DNA of 64,000 nucleotides from a virus: IMG/VR virus record IMGVR_UViG_3300050821_001689, positions 5,958 to 69,957 of that record; one strand, 5' to 3'. Shown piece by piece: positions 51,703 to 61,105 of this stretch (position 1 is its first letter; each line of letters starts with the position of its first letter). The notes under the pieces were generated by a model. It saw only the letters and a program-made list of their open reading frames with translations, ran no database searches and was not told where the DNA came from. The position numbers and the translations under genes were made by a program.

Positions 51703-54177
51703 TTATGGAGCCATATTACCAGAGCCGCCTTGCATAGCCGACTCAGTTTGGGCGATAGGGGACTGCGAACCCCCGTCACCCGAAGGCATTGCTGGAGCGG
51801 ATTGGGGCTTTTTATCTGCGCCTTGTCCCGAAGGAGCTAACTGACGACCTTGCATCAGAGCACCGCTCTCAGCTTGTGCCATCTCTTGCATACGGAACTT
51901 CTGGTGTGCTACTCCGTGTGCGATAACGTTGTGATAGCCGTTAGGGTTCTCTACTTTGGCTCGTAGACCAACGGCTGATACGGCCCACTTCTTGACTACA
52001 TCTTCATGTAATGGATGCATGTCTTCAAATGGGTCGATTGGAACAGATGGTAGGAGTTCCATTTGACCGGTCATCTGGTTGACAGTCTGAACCGGCTGTT
52101 GCTGGAGTAGTACGGCAATCTCCTGCTTCTGCTTGATTCTATCGTCTTCCCCAGGGACGTATATATCTGGAAGACCGAGCATACCTTTAGCTAACGATAC
52201 GTTCTCGATATCACCGACGATTTCTTGGATACGTGGGTCAGCGGATTGCATTAGTTGCATAAACGCGGATTGCATTTGTTGCCAGAGGACCGGGAAGGCT
52301 TCGTCGGCTTCCGGGTAGGCATCGAAACCGCCCTGGAGGTCTTCGAGGCGGATTTCCAGACCTTGCGCTTCTCCCCTCGCGCCGAATACCGAATATTGTT
52401 CATCCTGAGTTCTCCAGCGGGCGAATTCCCGGACGGCTAGAAGGAAAGTCTCGGCCCAGAAGGTTCTTAGGTGTAACCAAGGTACGTATAATCTACCTAG
52501 AGCCTGTTCTCTATCGGCTAGGTAAGTCGTTGGCTTGAGAGACTGGTCGGTTCCGCCGGTAACGGTAGGTACCGCAGCGGAGAGTTGTTGCCCTAGTGAC
52601 TGTAGAGAGTCGGCGTATTTGAATACCTCATTCGCAATAGCGCCGGGTCTGGATTCGTAAATATTACGCCCAATGTCGGAACCAGCAGGAACACGTATTG
52701 GGTAGATGAGCCCTGGGGCACGACGTTGATTTGATAGCGCCCGAACGTTAATGAGATTGGCGTTGACGAAAGTACCAGTTCCGGCTGCCGCATATTCCAC
52801 CCATTCCATAATGAAGTTGTGAAGGGTATTGAAGCGTTTCTGAACGGAGATAGTGGAGGAGCCGAGAGATGGAGTATACATTCCCGCCCCTTCCATAGCC
52901 CGGCAAATTCTCCAGTGGTCGTCCATTCGCTCGTTGCGGGCGTCCAGTAGGTAAGTCGGGTCGGCAAAGGCCAGGTAGGCTCCGTCTGGGAATAGGGAGA
53001 TTAACTTCTCCCTCTTCTCCTTATCATCCACCATATAGAAGGCATCTGGTCTTAGCCAGTATCTCTTAAAAGTCACGAGGTTCTGATTAGAAGTGGAGTA
53101 GTAACTTACAGTAGGTTCAATAAGAGCCAAACGAGCAAAACGGTCCCAAGTGTCATAAGGTCCAGAACCGTAGCCGCCTGCAAGATTCTTGGCTCGCTCG
53201 CCGTAAGTAGCTTTAAGTTGTGAAATGTGTACTTCATGTACGAGACCAAGGTAAACGCAATCTCTCTGTTCTTGAACCCAAGGTGGAAGTCTTAACTCCA
53301 GGACTCCGTGGAGGGTGATAAGTTCCTGTCCACGAGGGACTTTGTTAATTTGTGATACGACTGGTGCTTCAGCGAACTGTGCCGGACGGAAACTGGACTC
53401 AGCGAATGGCCGGGCACATTGCGGGCAGCCCATTTGACCAGTCTCACCGGCAGGATGAACTTGGTCCATTTGAGTGAACTGGAAACATCCCGGACACTCG
53501 AAGCCCTCTTCTTCAATCTTAATCTTCTGCATCTCTACTTGTGGGTCCTCTTTCCAGCCGAACATGGAACCGTCTTCGAGATAGCGAGTGTAGGAGCAGA
53601 CTAGTCCTCCTGTGAATAGTGCGTAGATTGCTCTGAGGTTGAGTAGAGGTGCTTTGTTATTTCTACTAATAAGCGGGACAACCTCACCTGCCGCTCTTGC
53701 GGCGATAACATCTGACTCTCTTCGATAATCTTGAGGAAGAAATCGCACAGATGGCACTTTCTGTCCGAGTACTGAGATGAGAGCCCACCCAAAGGCTTTG
53801 TAGATGTTAGTGAAGAAATTAAACCGTTGTCCAGTCTCACCAACATTAGCGAGTTGTTTAATGGATGGAGTACGCCACAAATCATTCCGGGCATCAAAGA
53901 AACCAATTTGTAGGTCTTTCCAGAAGGATTCGGCTTCATACACATCCCTCACTTGCCAGCGCCAGGTGGAGTAGCTCTCGCGTTCGTACTCCATTACTAA
54001 CCCGATTAATTCCTTCTCAAGTTCCTTGGTAAGACCGGGCATGAGAGGGATATCACGAGCGTCACGGGCACCATCGGCTAGGATATCGTCCTCTGTACGT
54101 TGTACAGAAGACTTATTGGCGTTGTCGTCCCCAACGTTATCGTTACCCATTTGTGGTACTGTGGAAAATCCGCCCAT
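51703..54177 (-). CDS. portal protein
   Basis: 824 aa; P22-like portal layout, zinc-ribbon insertion, DMHPLH C-terminal motif. Confidence 0.85.
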   Translation of the reverse strand: MGGFSTVPQMGNDNVGDDNANKSSVQRTEDDILADGARDARDIPLMPGLTKELEKELIGLVMEYERESYSTWRWQVRDVYEAESFWKDLQIGFFDARNDLWRTPSIKQLANVGETGQRFNFFTNIYKAFGWALISVLGQKVPSVRFLPQDYRRESDVIAARAAGEVVPLISRNNKAPLLNLRAIYALFTGGLVCSYTRYLEDGSMFGWKEDPQVEMQKIKIEEEGFECPGCFQFTQMDQVHPAGETGQMGCPQCARPFAESSFRPAQFAEAPVVSQINKVPRGQELITLHGVLELRLPPWVQEQRDCVYLGLVHEVHISQLKATYGERAKNLAGGYGSGPYDTWDRFARLALIEPTVSYYSTSNQNLVTFKRYWLRPDAFYMVDDKEKREKLISLFPDGAYLAFADPTYLLDARNERMDDHWRICRAMEGAGMYTPSLGSSTISVQKRFNTLHNFIMEWVEYAAAGTGTFVNANLINVRALSNQRRAPGLIYPIRVPAGSDIGRNIYESRPGAIANEVFKYADSLQSLGQQLSAAVPTVTGGTDQSLKPTTYLADREQALGRLYVPWLHLRTFWAETFLLAVREFARWRTQDEQYSVFGARGEAQGLEIRLEDLQGGFDAYPEADEAFPVLWQQMQSAFMQLMQSADPRIQEIVGDIENVSLAKGMLGLPDIYVPGEDDRIKQKQEIAVLLQQQPVQTVNQMTGQMELLPSVPIDPFEDMHPLHEDVVKKWAVSAVGLRAKVENPNGYHNVIAHGVAHQKFRMQEMAQAESGALMQGRQLAPSGQGADKKPQSAPAMPSGDGGSQSPIAQTESAMQGGSGNMAP

Positions 54178-54579
54178 TTATAATTCCTTAATTCCAGAAT
54201 TAGCCGCGGCTGCCGTTCGGGCTTTCATTAATCTCTCTTCATACTCCTGAGCATGTTTCTGGAATTCTTCCTGTACCCGGAGTCTATCGGACTCTACCGT
54301 GACATCGCTGGTCTCGGCATCGGCACGTAAACAAGCACTCTCATACTCTTTCATCAAGTCTATGGTAGCATGAGTACCCTTACCGAGAACTTGGTCTTCA
54401 GTGGGCGGCTTAGTGACAGCGGCCTGGGCGTCGGCGTAGCTAGGGACGGGCTGCCGTAACTCGTATCCCGAGTAAGCATGAAGTAATCTATTTAATAGAT
54501 TATCCCGCTCTACCTTTACTTCCTTTAACTGTTCCTCAAGAGAACTTGTGTACGGAAACAACCACTTTCTTAGACTCAC
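54178..54579 (-). CDS. hypothetical coiled-coil protein
   Basis: GGAGG SD, GTG start, abuts portal. Confidence 0.7.
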   Translation of the reverse strand: MSLRKWLFPYTSSLEEQLKEVKVERDNLLNRLLHAYSGYELRQPVPSYADAQAAVTKPPTEDQVLGKGTHATIDLMKEYESACLRADAETSDVTVESDRLRVQEEFQKHAQEYEERLMKARTAAAANSGIKEL

Positions 54580-54647
54580 GTTTCCCTCCCCTTCTCCTCT
54601 TTTTCACTCTGGGCTTCGGTGCGGACTTAGATGACGGTAGAACAAAC

Positions 54648-54920
54648 TTAATCTTCGGGGTCATCGAACTTCAACCTGGACGGCATTTTGAAAGCGGTAT
54701 TGGCGGACCAACGTGGGGTACGGAAGGGACGAGTGGAAGCACCGAAACTGGAACGGGCGTCGGATTTTAGAGTAGAGGAGCCGGTTCTAGTGGGAATATC
54801 GGTTCGATTAACGTCCGTAGGGTCCTGAGCGGCGTCGATTTTAACGTGGATAGGGGCGGAAGGTAACTTATTTCTTTTAATACTTACCTTAGCTTTGAAC
54901 ATCGGCTGATTGTCTGCCAT
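54648..54920 (-). CDS. hypothetical basic protein
   Basis: ORF in operon. Confidence 0.5.
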   Translation of the reverse strand: MADNQPMFKAKVSIKRNKLPSAPIHVKIDAAQDPTDVNRTDIPTRTGSSTLKSDARSSFGASTRPFRTPRWSANTAFKMPSRLKFDDPED

Positions 54921-55083
54921 CGTCGTAATTTCCGTTCTCGTCTATTTTTAGGAACTCCAGTAGACGTTTCTTAGCTTTCGCTTCAATCCAGGATTCCTGT
55001 TGCATGAAAATTTTGTAGGTACAACTTGGAACACAATGACATTCCCCGTTTTTATGTTGGTTCCACCAGTCTCCGAAGGTCAT
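54889..55083 (-). CDS. hypothetical protein
   Basis: ATGA coupling. Confidence 0.5.
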   Translation of the reverse strand: MTFGDWWNQHKNGECHCVPSCTYKIFMQQESWIEAKAKKRLLEFLKIDENGNYDDGRQSADVQS

Positions 55084-55238
55084 TTATTCTTCCTAGAAGG
55101 GAGGTCGAAACCCTTTTTCTCGGGAAGTTGTTTACCCTTAGTGGATGAGTTCCATTCCTGGACACCCTTGTCACCAAGAGCCTTATGCCCTGAGGGAGAG
55201 TTCCCCCATCTCATCTGCGCTTTGGAGACGAAGGGCAT
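55080..55238 (-). CDS. small basic phage protein (52 aa)
   Basis: Below track cutoff; MPFVSKAQMRW...LPEKK pattern seen near portals. Confidence 0.6.
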   Translation of the reverse strand: MPFVSKAQMRWGNSPSGHKALGDKGVQEWNSSTKGKQLPEKKGFDLPSRKNK

Positions 55239-55239
55239 A

Positions 55240-55593
55240 TTACATCATCGCCATGAAAGTTCTGGAGCCTTCACCGCGGCCACCAGCCCCACCGAAGCCT
55301 GCCATAGGGGGACGTTGTGGGGCACTAGGTAAAGCTGGACCAGCGGCTTGAAGAGGACGAGCTTGTTGCGGCATTCCACCACCGGCAATAGGACCGGCAT
55401 CTCCGCCCATATTAACATTAGGTCGTCCACCGGAGAGAGCAGGACCCGGCATGGGCATAGGGCCACGGCGAATCATCTCCGAACCCGGTCTTCCAACCGG
55501 CATCGGACCCTGCATAGGGGCGAACACGCTTCCCCCAGTTCTCTCGGTGCCCATTGTATCCATTGAGTATCTTGACATTTGATTAGGTAGCAT
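55240..55593 (-). CDS. Gly/Pro/Met-rich disordered protein
   Basis: Likely start MLPNQ at 55593. Confidence 0.5.
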   Translation of the reverse strand: MLPNQMSRYSMDTMGTERTGGSVFAPMQGPMPVGRPGSEMIRRGPMPMPGPALSGGRPNVNMGGDAGPIAGGGMPQQARPLQAAGPALPSAPQRPPMAGFGGAGGRGEGSRTFMAMM

Positions 55594-55594
55594 A

Positions 55595-56023
55595 TTACTC
55601 GCCTTCCTTTGGTTCCCAACGATTACAGCAACCACCCTCTTCAATCGTCTGAGGGTAGTTTTCTACTTTCTTACAGTTATCGCGGGAAACGAATTCGTCA
55701 CAATTTTCACAATGTGTCGGTCCCTGTTCCACGTATCCAGCGACTACTTTAGATACCTTTGGAATCTCGAAATCGGGCTTCTTGCCGTCGAATAGCCGAC
55801 CATTGACATATAGGCCACAAACTCCGTGAGCCGGGTTTATATCTCCCTCAACTTCCACACACTGACCGGAACCACTTTCCGAGCCTACGTACTTCCAACA
55901 ATCTCCACAATGAGCACCGACGCGGGAACCCAACGTCTTCGCATTCATGTATAGGACTACTGCCTGTTCCAATTTATGGCTGTTTTGGAGTATCGACATT
56001 TCCTGATTGCTTTTGTTCGGCAT
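55595..56023 (-). CDS. tandem HiPIP-like Cys-rich protein
   Basis: Two CxxC...C.VE..I...G.C repeats. Confidence 0.65.
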   Translation of the reverse strand: MPNKSNQEMSILQNSHKLEQAVVLYMNAKTLGSRVGAHCGDCWKYVGSESGSGQCVEVEGDINPAHGVCGLYVNGRLFDGKKPDFEIPKVSKVVAGYVEQGPTHCENCDEFVSRDNCKKVENYPQTIEEGGCCNRWEPKEGE

Positions 56024-56234
56024 CCTTAGCTTCCTGTTTTAGTTTACTTACCTCAAAATATGCCACACATGGGCATGGTTGCACAAGGCCCTTCTCTACC
56101 GGCCCGAGGAATCCCAACCTACCCGTCCCGTAACAAGTCTGACAATTAGACGATGAGAAGCCTGCAATCTTCAACTCGTATCTCATTCTAGTCATTGTCG
56201 TCTTCGTTTTATTTTTTAGTTTATGCTGCCCCAC
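55974..56234 (-). CDS. zinc-finger protein
   Basis: CQTCYGTG...PCPC. Confidence 0.6.
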   Translation of the reverse strand: MGQHKLKNKTKTTMTRMRYELKIAGFSSSNCQTCYGTGRLGFLGPVEKGLVQPCPCVAYFEVSKLKQEAKDAEQKQSGNVDTPKQP

Positions 56235-56275
56235 AAAAAAAAATCCCGGAGGCCCTATCGAGGACCGTCCGGGAT
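56235..56275 (-). terminator. rho-independent terminator
   Basis: ATCCCGGA...TCCGGGAT hairpin followed by 9 T on minus strand. Confidence 0.75.
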
Positions 56276-56293
56276 TTAGTATATCAGATATTT

Positions 56294-57544
56294 CTAGCTC
56301 TCCGACTTGATGAATAGTCCAGTTGGAGCAGCGGGTTGAGTAGGAGCCGCAACCGGTTGCGAAGGTGGCAACTGGAGAGGAGAACCAATCGGTGGGTCTA
56401 GGGTCTGCCAGATGACACTACCGTCCTGTGTGGTACCGCCGATTACTGGGTTGTAGACAATCGTCGTACCTGCGGGACTAGTGGTGCCCGGAACAATTAC
56501 TTCCTGGTAGGTACCCGAAGCACAGTCGAAGAATATGCTGCCTAGTCCGAAGAACTTACCGTGTGAGTAAATTACCAAGGTAATCGGAATGAACATAGCC
56601 ACATTATTCGCTTGCATCGTTATGGCACCGTTTAGAGCGAATAGCTGACCGTCGATGTTCGCTCCGGTAACTAGGGTGATGGAGGTCTTGGCGATGAGCC
56701 TTCCACTAAAAATGGAACCGGTACCGAGAGTAGCCGCACTTCCAGCGAGCCAGTAAACATTAGCCGCCTGAGCACCGCCACGGAGGACGATGGCTCCTGC
56801 CATTGTGATAGCAGTACCGACCTGGAAAATCCACACGGCATCGGCATTACCGTTAGCGTCGAGAACCACATTGCCGGTGATACCGAGAGAGTCGGGAGCA
56901 AAGTAAACTCCGGGAGCAAGAGTTCTACCTCCAATGTCAACGGCGGTTCCTAGATTGGTTACGGAACCGTCGGGGTTTTTGGCAGCCATACCTGCGTTCC
57001 AAGCCGCTAGAGCGTCAGCTTGTGCCGCGATGGCCACAAAGTCATCAATGTGTTCGGAGCCGGTAAAGAATCCTGGACCTCCAGGAGTATCGAAGCCGAC
57101 AATTGACGTTCCGGGAGCTACACCGATATCACCACGTACTTCTGAAGCGCCTGTGTTAGTTAGCGTTGTGGCCGCAAGGACCCCGAAGCCAGAAGCACGA
57201 CCTAACGATAGCCCAGCGACACCAGGAGGAAACGGAACGAATACTGTCTCCACTTCATTCGAGAACGGGCTTTCTAGACCGCCCACAAACGCCGCTACCC
57301 GGTAGAAATATCGAGAACCAGGAAGGACAGTTGAGTCAGTATAGGTGGGCTCGACCCCCGAAGCGAAAACTAGCGGGGAAGGGTTTAGTGGCAGCAATCC
57401 CTCTTTGTTAGACGAGGCTCCACGAAAGACATCGTAGGAGACGTTTAGTTCCGTATTGGGATTCCAATTTAGAGTTACTTGGGACATGGGCTTTTCCTTT
57501 AATTTGACGAGAAGAGAGAACGAACGACTAGCGACTTGTGCCAT
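56294..57544 (-). CDS. FN3 + DUF3494 ice-binding-family protein
   Basis: FN3 (VTLNWNP...YFYRVAA...ES.FSNE); FGVLAATTLTNTG, LAPGVY, VWIFQ, NVYW DUF3494 motifs; second SD+ATG at 57487. Confidence 0.85.
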   Translation of the reverse strand: MAQVASRSFSLLVKLKEKPMSQVTLNWNPNTELNVSYDVFRGASSNKEGLLPLNPSPLVFASGVEPTYTDSTVLPGSRYFYRVAAFVGGLESPFSNEVETVFVPFPPGVAGLSLGRASGFGVLAATTLTNTGASEVRGDIGVAPGTSIVGFDTPGGPGFFTGSEHIDDFVAIAAQADALAAWNAGMAAKNPDGSVTNLGTAVDIGGRTLAPGVYFAPDSLGITGNVVLDANGNADAVWIFQVGTAITMAGAIVLRGGAQAANVYWLAGSAATLGTGSIFSGRLIAKTSITLVTGANIDGQLFALNGAITMQANNVAMFIPITLVIYSHGKFFGLGSIFFDCASGTYQEVIVPGTTSPAGTTIVYNPVIGGTTQDGSVIWQTLDPPIGSPLQLPPSQPVAAPTQPAAPTGLFIKSES

Positions 57545-57817
57545 TTAGGCACCCGAGTCGGTAACTTGGACCGTGAAGTTGAAGGCTCCTCCGACAGTTG
57601 GAGTGCCCGCGAGAAGACCTTGAGCGGATAGAGTGATACCTGCTAGTAGGGCTCCGGCACTGATTGACCAGTTAAACGGAGCGGTTCCGCCAGAAGCCTG
57701 TAATTGCTGGCTATAGGGTTGGAATTCTACGGCATCGGGGAGGGCACCGCTAGAAACGGCAAGAGGGGCTACTGCGGCGACGTTGAGACTAAGAGCTTTA
57801 GATGCTGATTGTGGCAT
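57545..57817 (-). CDS. single putative-Ig (He_PIG/cadherin-like) domain protein, permuted
   Basis: LPDA...YSQQLQASGGTAPFNWS..GAL..G.TLS..G.LAGTPT..G.FNFTVQVTDS. Confidence 0.85.
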   Translation of the reverse strand: MPQSASKALSLNVAAVAPLAVSSGALPDAVEFQPYSQQLQASGGTAPFNWSISAGALLAGITLSAQGLLAGTPTVGGAFNFTVQVTDSGA

Positions 57818-57899
57818 GGGCTATTCACCTGTGAACACACGGTAGCAGGTAAATAGTCGGCACGCAAAAAGTGTGCAGTATTACACACTAGGTATATAC

Positions 57900-58220
57900 C
57901 TAATTACTTGTAACTCTTAGGTTCTTTAGGGCGACTGGTTTTGAGGAGTCTATCTCCGGCTCAGTGGCTGCGGGAACTACTGGTTCCGGTTCCGGGTCTA
58001 CCGCCGCTGGCTCCGGTGCCGGGGCAGTTGCTTCGATAGATAGAGCAAAGGACACAAATCCTCCACTCGAAGCTATGTGGGTAATCTTAGCGTTGTAGGA
58101 AACCCCAGGTCCTTCCAGCAACACTGGACTGTGACCAAAAGGAATAACCACGCCAGTTATGTCTAGTTGCTGATTCCCCTCTGCGTTGATAATTCTCTCT
58201 GCTTTTGCGTCTACGTGCAT
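57900..58220 (-). CDS. hypothetical protein
   Basis: GAGGTG SD; Pro/Glu tail. Confidence 0.65.
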   Translation of the reverse strand: MHVDAKAERIINAEGNQQLDITGVVIPFGHSPVLLEGPGVSYNAKITHIASSGGFVSFALSIEATAPAPEPAAVDPEPEPVVPAATEPEIDSSKPVALKNLRVTSN

Positions 58221-58260
58221 TTCTCACCTCTTAAATTTGAACTGCGGAAATATCATACCA

Positions 58261-59895
58261 CTAAAAGTCCCGTTCCGTGGGGTCATAAGGCGGAGTTACC
58301 CAAGGAATTGGCATATCTCCACCCTCTTCCCCTTCGACGGCCTCTTTGGCGGCGTTCATAGCGTGATGGGCGGCTAGAAGGGAGTCTGGGACCCTCCCTC
58401 CCAACTGTGTCTGGTAGGCTTCCATTAGACTTACCTCATCATTGACCACAAAAGCCTTTAATCCGTACCCCATACCGTCGTAACTGTGGTCATCCTGACC
58501 ATCCGCTAACACTTTAGGCTTCTCGACATCAGTTGTCAATAGCGGGAGGGCCGTAAGAAGGTCCGGGCAGCCTAATTGCTTCCCGTTCACCACTCCAGGT
58601 CTAAATATTTGCATTTTTGGTAACTTAGTATCGTCGTTATCCTGCCCAAATCGCCGGAAATCCTCCCAAGCCTTGACCCCTTCAGTCTGGAACCTCTTGG
58701 ACCAGTAGGAATAGTCTCCTCCGATACCCTCAGTCTCGGGAGAGACGGGAATTTTAGTAGTTCTGAGGTACTCACGGGTCAACATGAGCCTTCCTTCAGC
58801 ATCTTTATCAGATTTAATCACCGGGATACCGGCTTTACTGAATACTTTTATGAATTGGTCGGCTTGAGTGTTCCCTGTGCCGTGATGAGAGAAGCATTCG
58901 TGGGATAGGACACAATAATCCATTCTCTCGCTGCCATTTAGGTCCACAACTTCCTGTGCATAAGGGATAATTAGCTTCCCTGGACGACAATGGTCTCGGT
59001 AGGCGTACACTTTTCCTTTGTGATAAGCCATCCAGACCGCGGCGGCCTTGTCTTCCTTGCCCCAATCTAGTCCCATCCATCTTGGGCAGTCGGGAGGAAG
59101 TTCGAACGCATCTACTGAATGAACATAGGGGTCGAAACTAAAGGCCATGTGGACTGTTTCTTCCCAGGAACCCTCAAGGAGAGCCCTAGTCACAGAGGCT
59201 GACTGAGATTTTAGACGGTCAATGTAACCAGGGTCGTTATTCAAGAGAGCCGGATTGTCATACACACGTGCCTGGATAAAGCAAGTGGAGGCCCCTACAG
59301 GCTTCATATCACTCGGCCATCTGGCATCTCTATAAAATTTCCCGTTCAACCGGTCCTTGATGAACATGAGCTTATGCCATCCGAAACCCGGCCCGACAGG
59401 GTTAGCGGTTAGTAACATTTGCTTTCTAATATCAGGAATAGTGGAACGTAGACATGTCCACATAAGCCGAATCACACTCTCACTGAACAAAGTGGACTCG
59501 TCGAAACCGATAAACGCATATTGAGACCCCTGGTAACTAAAAATATCACTCTCTCTCTCTAAGTACGCAAACTCAATCATGGACCTTCCACCGGAGGGGG
59601 TCTTAAAATTCCACCGGTGAGTCTTCCCATCATACCTACCTATTCCCCCAAATAATTGTTGGGACCTGGGGATGATGTGGTGTTCTAGTTCAGGGAAAGT
59701 TCTACGGAAGACGATAGCCCGATAGTCGTCCCGGTGAATATACTTCGCCGCCCTCATCAGCATGGCGTCAGTCTTACCCCCGGCCTTCGCTCCCCCATAC
59801 AAAATAATCTCCGCAGGACAATCAAATAGGCGTGTCTGTGGTCCCGGATTCGGTTGCCACGCTTGATTAGCTGCTCGTTTTTGTTTCGGTGCCAT
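58261..59895 (-). CDS. terL: terminase large subunit
   Basis: PNPGPQ, YGGAKAGGKT, FIGFDE, LTANP, MGLDWG, DDHSYD. Confidence 0.93.
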   Translation of the reverse strand: MAPKQKRAANQAWQPNPGPQTRLFDCPAEIILYGGAKAGGKTDAMLMRAAKYIHRDDYRAIVFRRTFPELEHHIIPRSQQLFGGIGRYDGKTHRWNFKTPSGGRSMIEFAYLERESDIFSYQGSQYAFIGFDESTLFSESVIRLMWTCLRSTIPDIRKQMLLTANPVGPGFGWHKLMFIKDRLNGKFYRDARWPSDMKPVGASTCFIQARVYDNPALLNNDPGYIDRLKSQSASVTRALLEGSWEETVHMAFSFDPYVHSVDAFELPPDCPRWMGLDWGKEDKAAAVWMAYHKGKVYAYRDHCRPGKLIIPYAQEVVDLNGSERMDYCVLSHECFSHHGTGNTQADQFIKVFSKAGIPVIKSDKDAEGRLMLTREYLRTTKIPVSPETEGIGGDYSYWSKRFQTEGVKAWEDFRRFGQDNDDTKLPKMQIFRPGVVNGKQLGCPDLLTALPLLTTDVEKPKVLADGQDDHSYDGMGYGLKAFVVNDEVSLMEAYQTQLGGRVPDSLLAAHHAMNAAKEAVEGEEGGDMPIPWVTPPYDPTERDF

Positions 59896-60202
59896 CGGGC
59901 TCCGGCTCAGGTGGGACGTATAGGTTAATAATCTTCCCCAATAATTTCTCGGCTACGTGAAAATGAATTTGGTCCTTGGGAACGTTCTTATCACTAATCA
60001 CCGGGACTCCATCAATATACTTCGAGAACGGCGTGCCGTTCTTAACTTCCTTTTCCCCGAAATACCCCTCCCATTGAACCTCCGACATAACCGCAATCTC
60101 TGCTCCCTTACGCTTGAACTCACGGAAGAACCTCTCCTGGACCACGTGCCCATAAGCATTCGCTGTCCAGTTGCCATCCACTCGCTTGACGTGTTCAAGC
60201 AT
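59867..60202 (-). CDS. hypothetical protein
   Basis: TAATG coupling. Confidence 0.6.
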   Translation of the reverse strand: MLEHVKRVDGNWTANAYGHVVQERFFREFKRKGAEIAVMSEVQWEGYFGEKEVKNGTPFSKYIDGVPVISDKNVPKDQIHFHVAEKLLGKIINLYVPPEPEPDGTETKTSS

Positions 60203-60483
60203 TACTTACCCCCGAGAGCCTTACGTTCAATCTCTTCAATCTGTTGAGCCCTAGCTAGGTCACCAGACTCAGCTAGAGTTCCATGACCCGGTTGTAGCTT
60301 ATCTAGCCACCAAATCATAAACTTACCTAGCTTATCTCCTCTCGCTGCGGCTCTTGCCGACCTTGCGGAAATGGTCTCATCCGGGTCTCCACCGAAGACC
60401 ACATTCCCAAACTGGTCTAGAGCTACCAATACGCGATGTAGGTATCCCTCACTGAGAGCCGACTTATCCTGTAGTGGGTTCAT
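60202..60483 (-). CDS. conserved hypothetical phage protein
   Basis: LDQFGNV..GGDPDETISAR motif. Confidence 0.75.
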   Translation of the reverse strand: MNPLQDKSALSEGYLHRVLVALDQFGNVVFGGDPDETISARSARAAARGDKLGKFMIWWLDKLQPGHGTLAESGDLARAQQIEEIERKALGGK

Positions 60484-60646
60484 CTTCTTTTACCCTAATT
60501 ATTGGGATAACAAATTCTGAAAATCCTTCCCGAGTAAATACTAGTTCTTCCGTGCTAGCGTGCTTCATACAAAGAAGTTCATTACCGGAAATCGCCTTCG
60601 CCTCGCCACCACAAACACAACACTGCCCAATCGTAGGGTAGGACAT
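60464..60646 (-). CDS. small zinc-binding protein
   Basis: CCVCG...LCMKH. Confidence 0.55.
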   Translation of the reverse strand: MSYPTIGQCCVCGGEAKAISGNELLCMKHASTEELVFTREGFSEFVIPIIRVKEDEPTTG

Positions 60647-60647
60647 A

Positions 60648-60866
60648 CTAATACCACGCCGCCATTGGATTCATCATCATCTGGTCAAGCTGGTCAGCGT
60701 AATCAGTCCCAGCCTGTTGAAGATACGGCCTTAAATTCTGTCCCGGCCCAATCATCTGCGCTAACGCCGCCATATTCTGCCCGCCATTAGCCGCGGCTGG
60801 GAGACCCCCTAACATCAAGTCCAGTGAACTAGGATTCGCCGTCGATTTCTGTTGAGTGGGTGGCAT
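60648..60866 (-). CDS. small Met/Gln-rich protein
   Basis: TATAAT 6 nt upstream of ATG (leaderless-type). Confidence 0.55.
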   Translation of the reverse strand: MPPTQQKSTANPSSLDLMLGGLPAAANGGQNMAALAQMIGPGQNLRPYLQQAGTDYADQLDQMMMNPMAAWY

Positions 60867-61105
60867 AACGAAATTATATTAACATAGTCATTGTCATATG
60901 GAAAATGTTTATCAACTTAATTACCCAAAATCCCGCTGGAATCGCCTGTCCATGACCCCACCCCCCGGTCGGGTGATAGGCCGGGTGCCTATGGGTGTAT
61001 GGGGTACTGTGAGTACTAGTAGTACTGGAGCGGCGGCGGCGGTACTAGTAGTTCCATTATGGCCATTAGTTCTGGGCAGCCTATTACTATCAGGACTCAT
61101 CGTAG

